Positions 63,700 to 64,000 of a stretch of 64,000 nt of DNA are shown here, piece by piece. Positions within the stretch are counted from its first letter, which is position 1. Every line of letters begins with the position of its first letter. This DNA is from Octopus bimaculoides. Taxonomy: Eukaryota. The notes under the pieces were generated by a model that saw only the letters and a list, made by a program, of their open reading frames with translations, made no database searches and was not told where the DNA came from. The DNA lies in contig NC_068994.1 in assembly GCF_001194135.2 (NCBI RefSeq), positions 22,048,500 through 22,112,499 on the forward strand. The letters run 5' to 3'. The position numbers and the translations under genes were made by a program.

Positions 63700-64000
63700 G
63701 TATGTGGCAGATGTTCAGGGGCAATAAACACTGTAAACAAACAGGAAACAACTTCTATCTCATTCCAGGGAGAAAAACTAGAGGTAGTTGATAGCTTCCG
63801 CTATCTGGGTGACCAAGTTAGTAGTGGGGGTGGGTGCGCTGAAAGTGTAACCGCTAGAATAAGAATAGCCTGGGCCAAGTTTAGAGAGCTCTTACTTCTG
63901 CTGGCGACAAAGGGACTCTCACTCAGGGTAAAAGGCAGACTGTATGACGCATGTGTACGAACAGCCATGCTACATGGCAGTGAAACATGGGCTGTAACTG
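63700..64000 (+). mobile_element. RTE LINE fragment (runs off window)
   Basis: Open frame EKLEVVDSFRYLGDQ...ARIRIAWAKFREL...RLYDACVRTAMLHGSETWAVT; same family as 26175. Confidence 0.9.

Noticed and set aside
55331-64000. Search for the upstream PX exons (start codon and RRY motif)
   Set aside because: None found by eye; they probably lie beyond the window.

Overview
AT-rich, repeat-dense eukaryotic DNA, most likely a coleoid cephalopod (Octopus-like SINE families; inference), with three N gaps. The whole window lies inside one minus-strand gene, a PX + multi-SH3 scaffold of the SH3PXD2A/B (Tks5/Tks4) family. I hand-assembled 8 coding exons with canonical GT/AG sites and consistent phases: 55255-55330, 48623-48699, 48296-48390 (PX C-terminal half), 20178-20320, 17338-17442 (SH3-1), 14193-14310, 11082-11433 (SH3-2, acidic linker) and a >=1462-nt exon running off position 1 (Pro-rich region, another SH3). 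The start of the gene and first PX exons were not found and probably lie beyond 64000. Introns hold tRNA-derived SINEs, Tx1/L1-, CR1/L2-, RTE-, R4- and CRE-like LINE pieces, three Penelope-like remnants, Tc1/mariner relics and MITEs. Most interesting: (1) a 512-nt candidate alternative first exon (37575-38086) that would give a PX-less isoform with a polybasic N-terminus; (2) an apparently intact minimal hammerhead ribozyme in pre-mRNA sense (5691-5749), preceded by its own antisense copy; (3) a 540-bp foldback mariner hairpin beside a phase-matched candidate mutually exclusive exon; (4) candidate microexons between PX and SH3-1; (5) a Tx1-type LINE inserted at a SINE (ATT)n tail. All are sequence-level hypotheses; no expression data or searches were available, and repeat boundaries are approximate.
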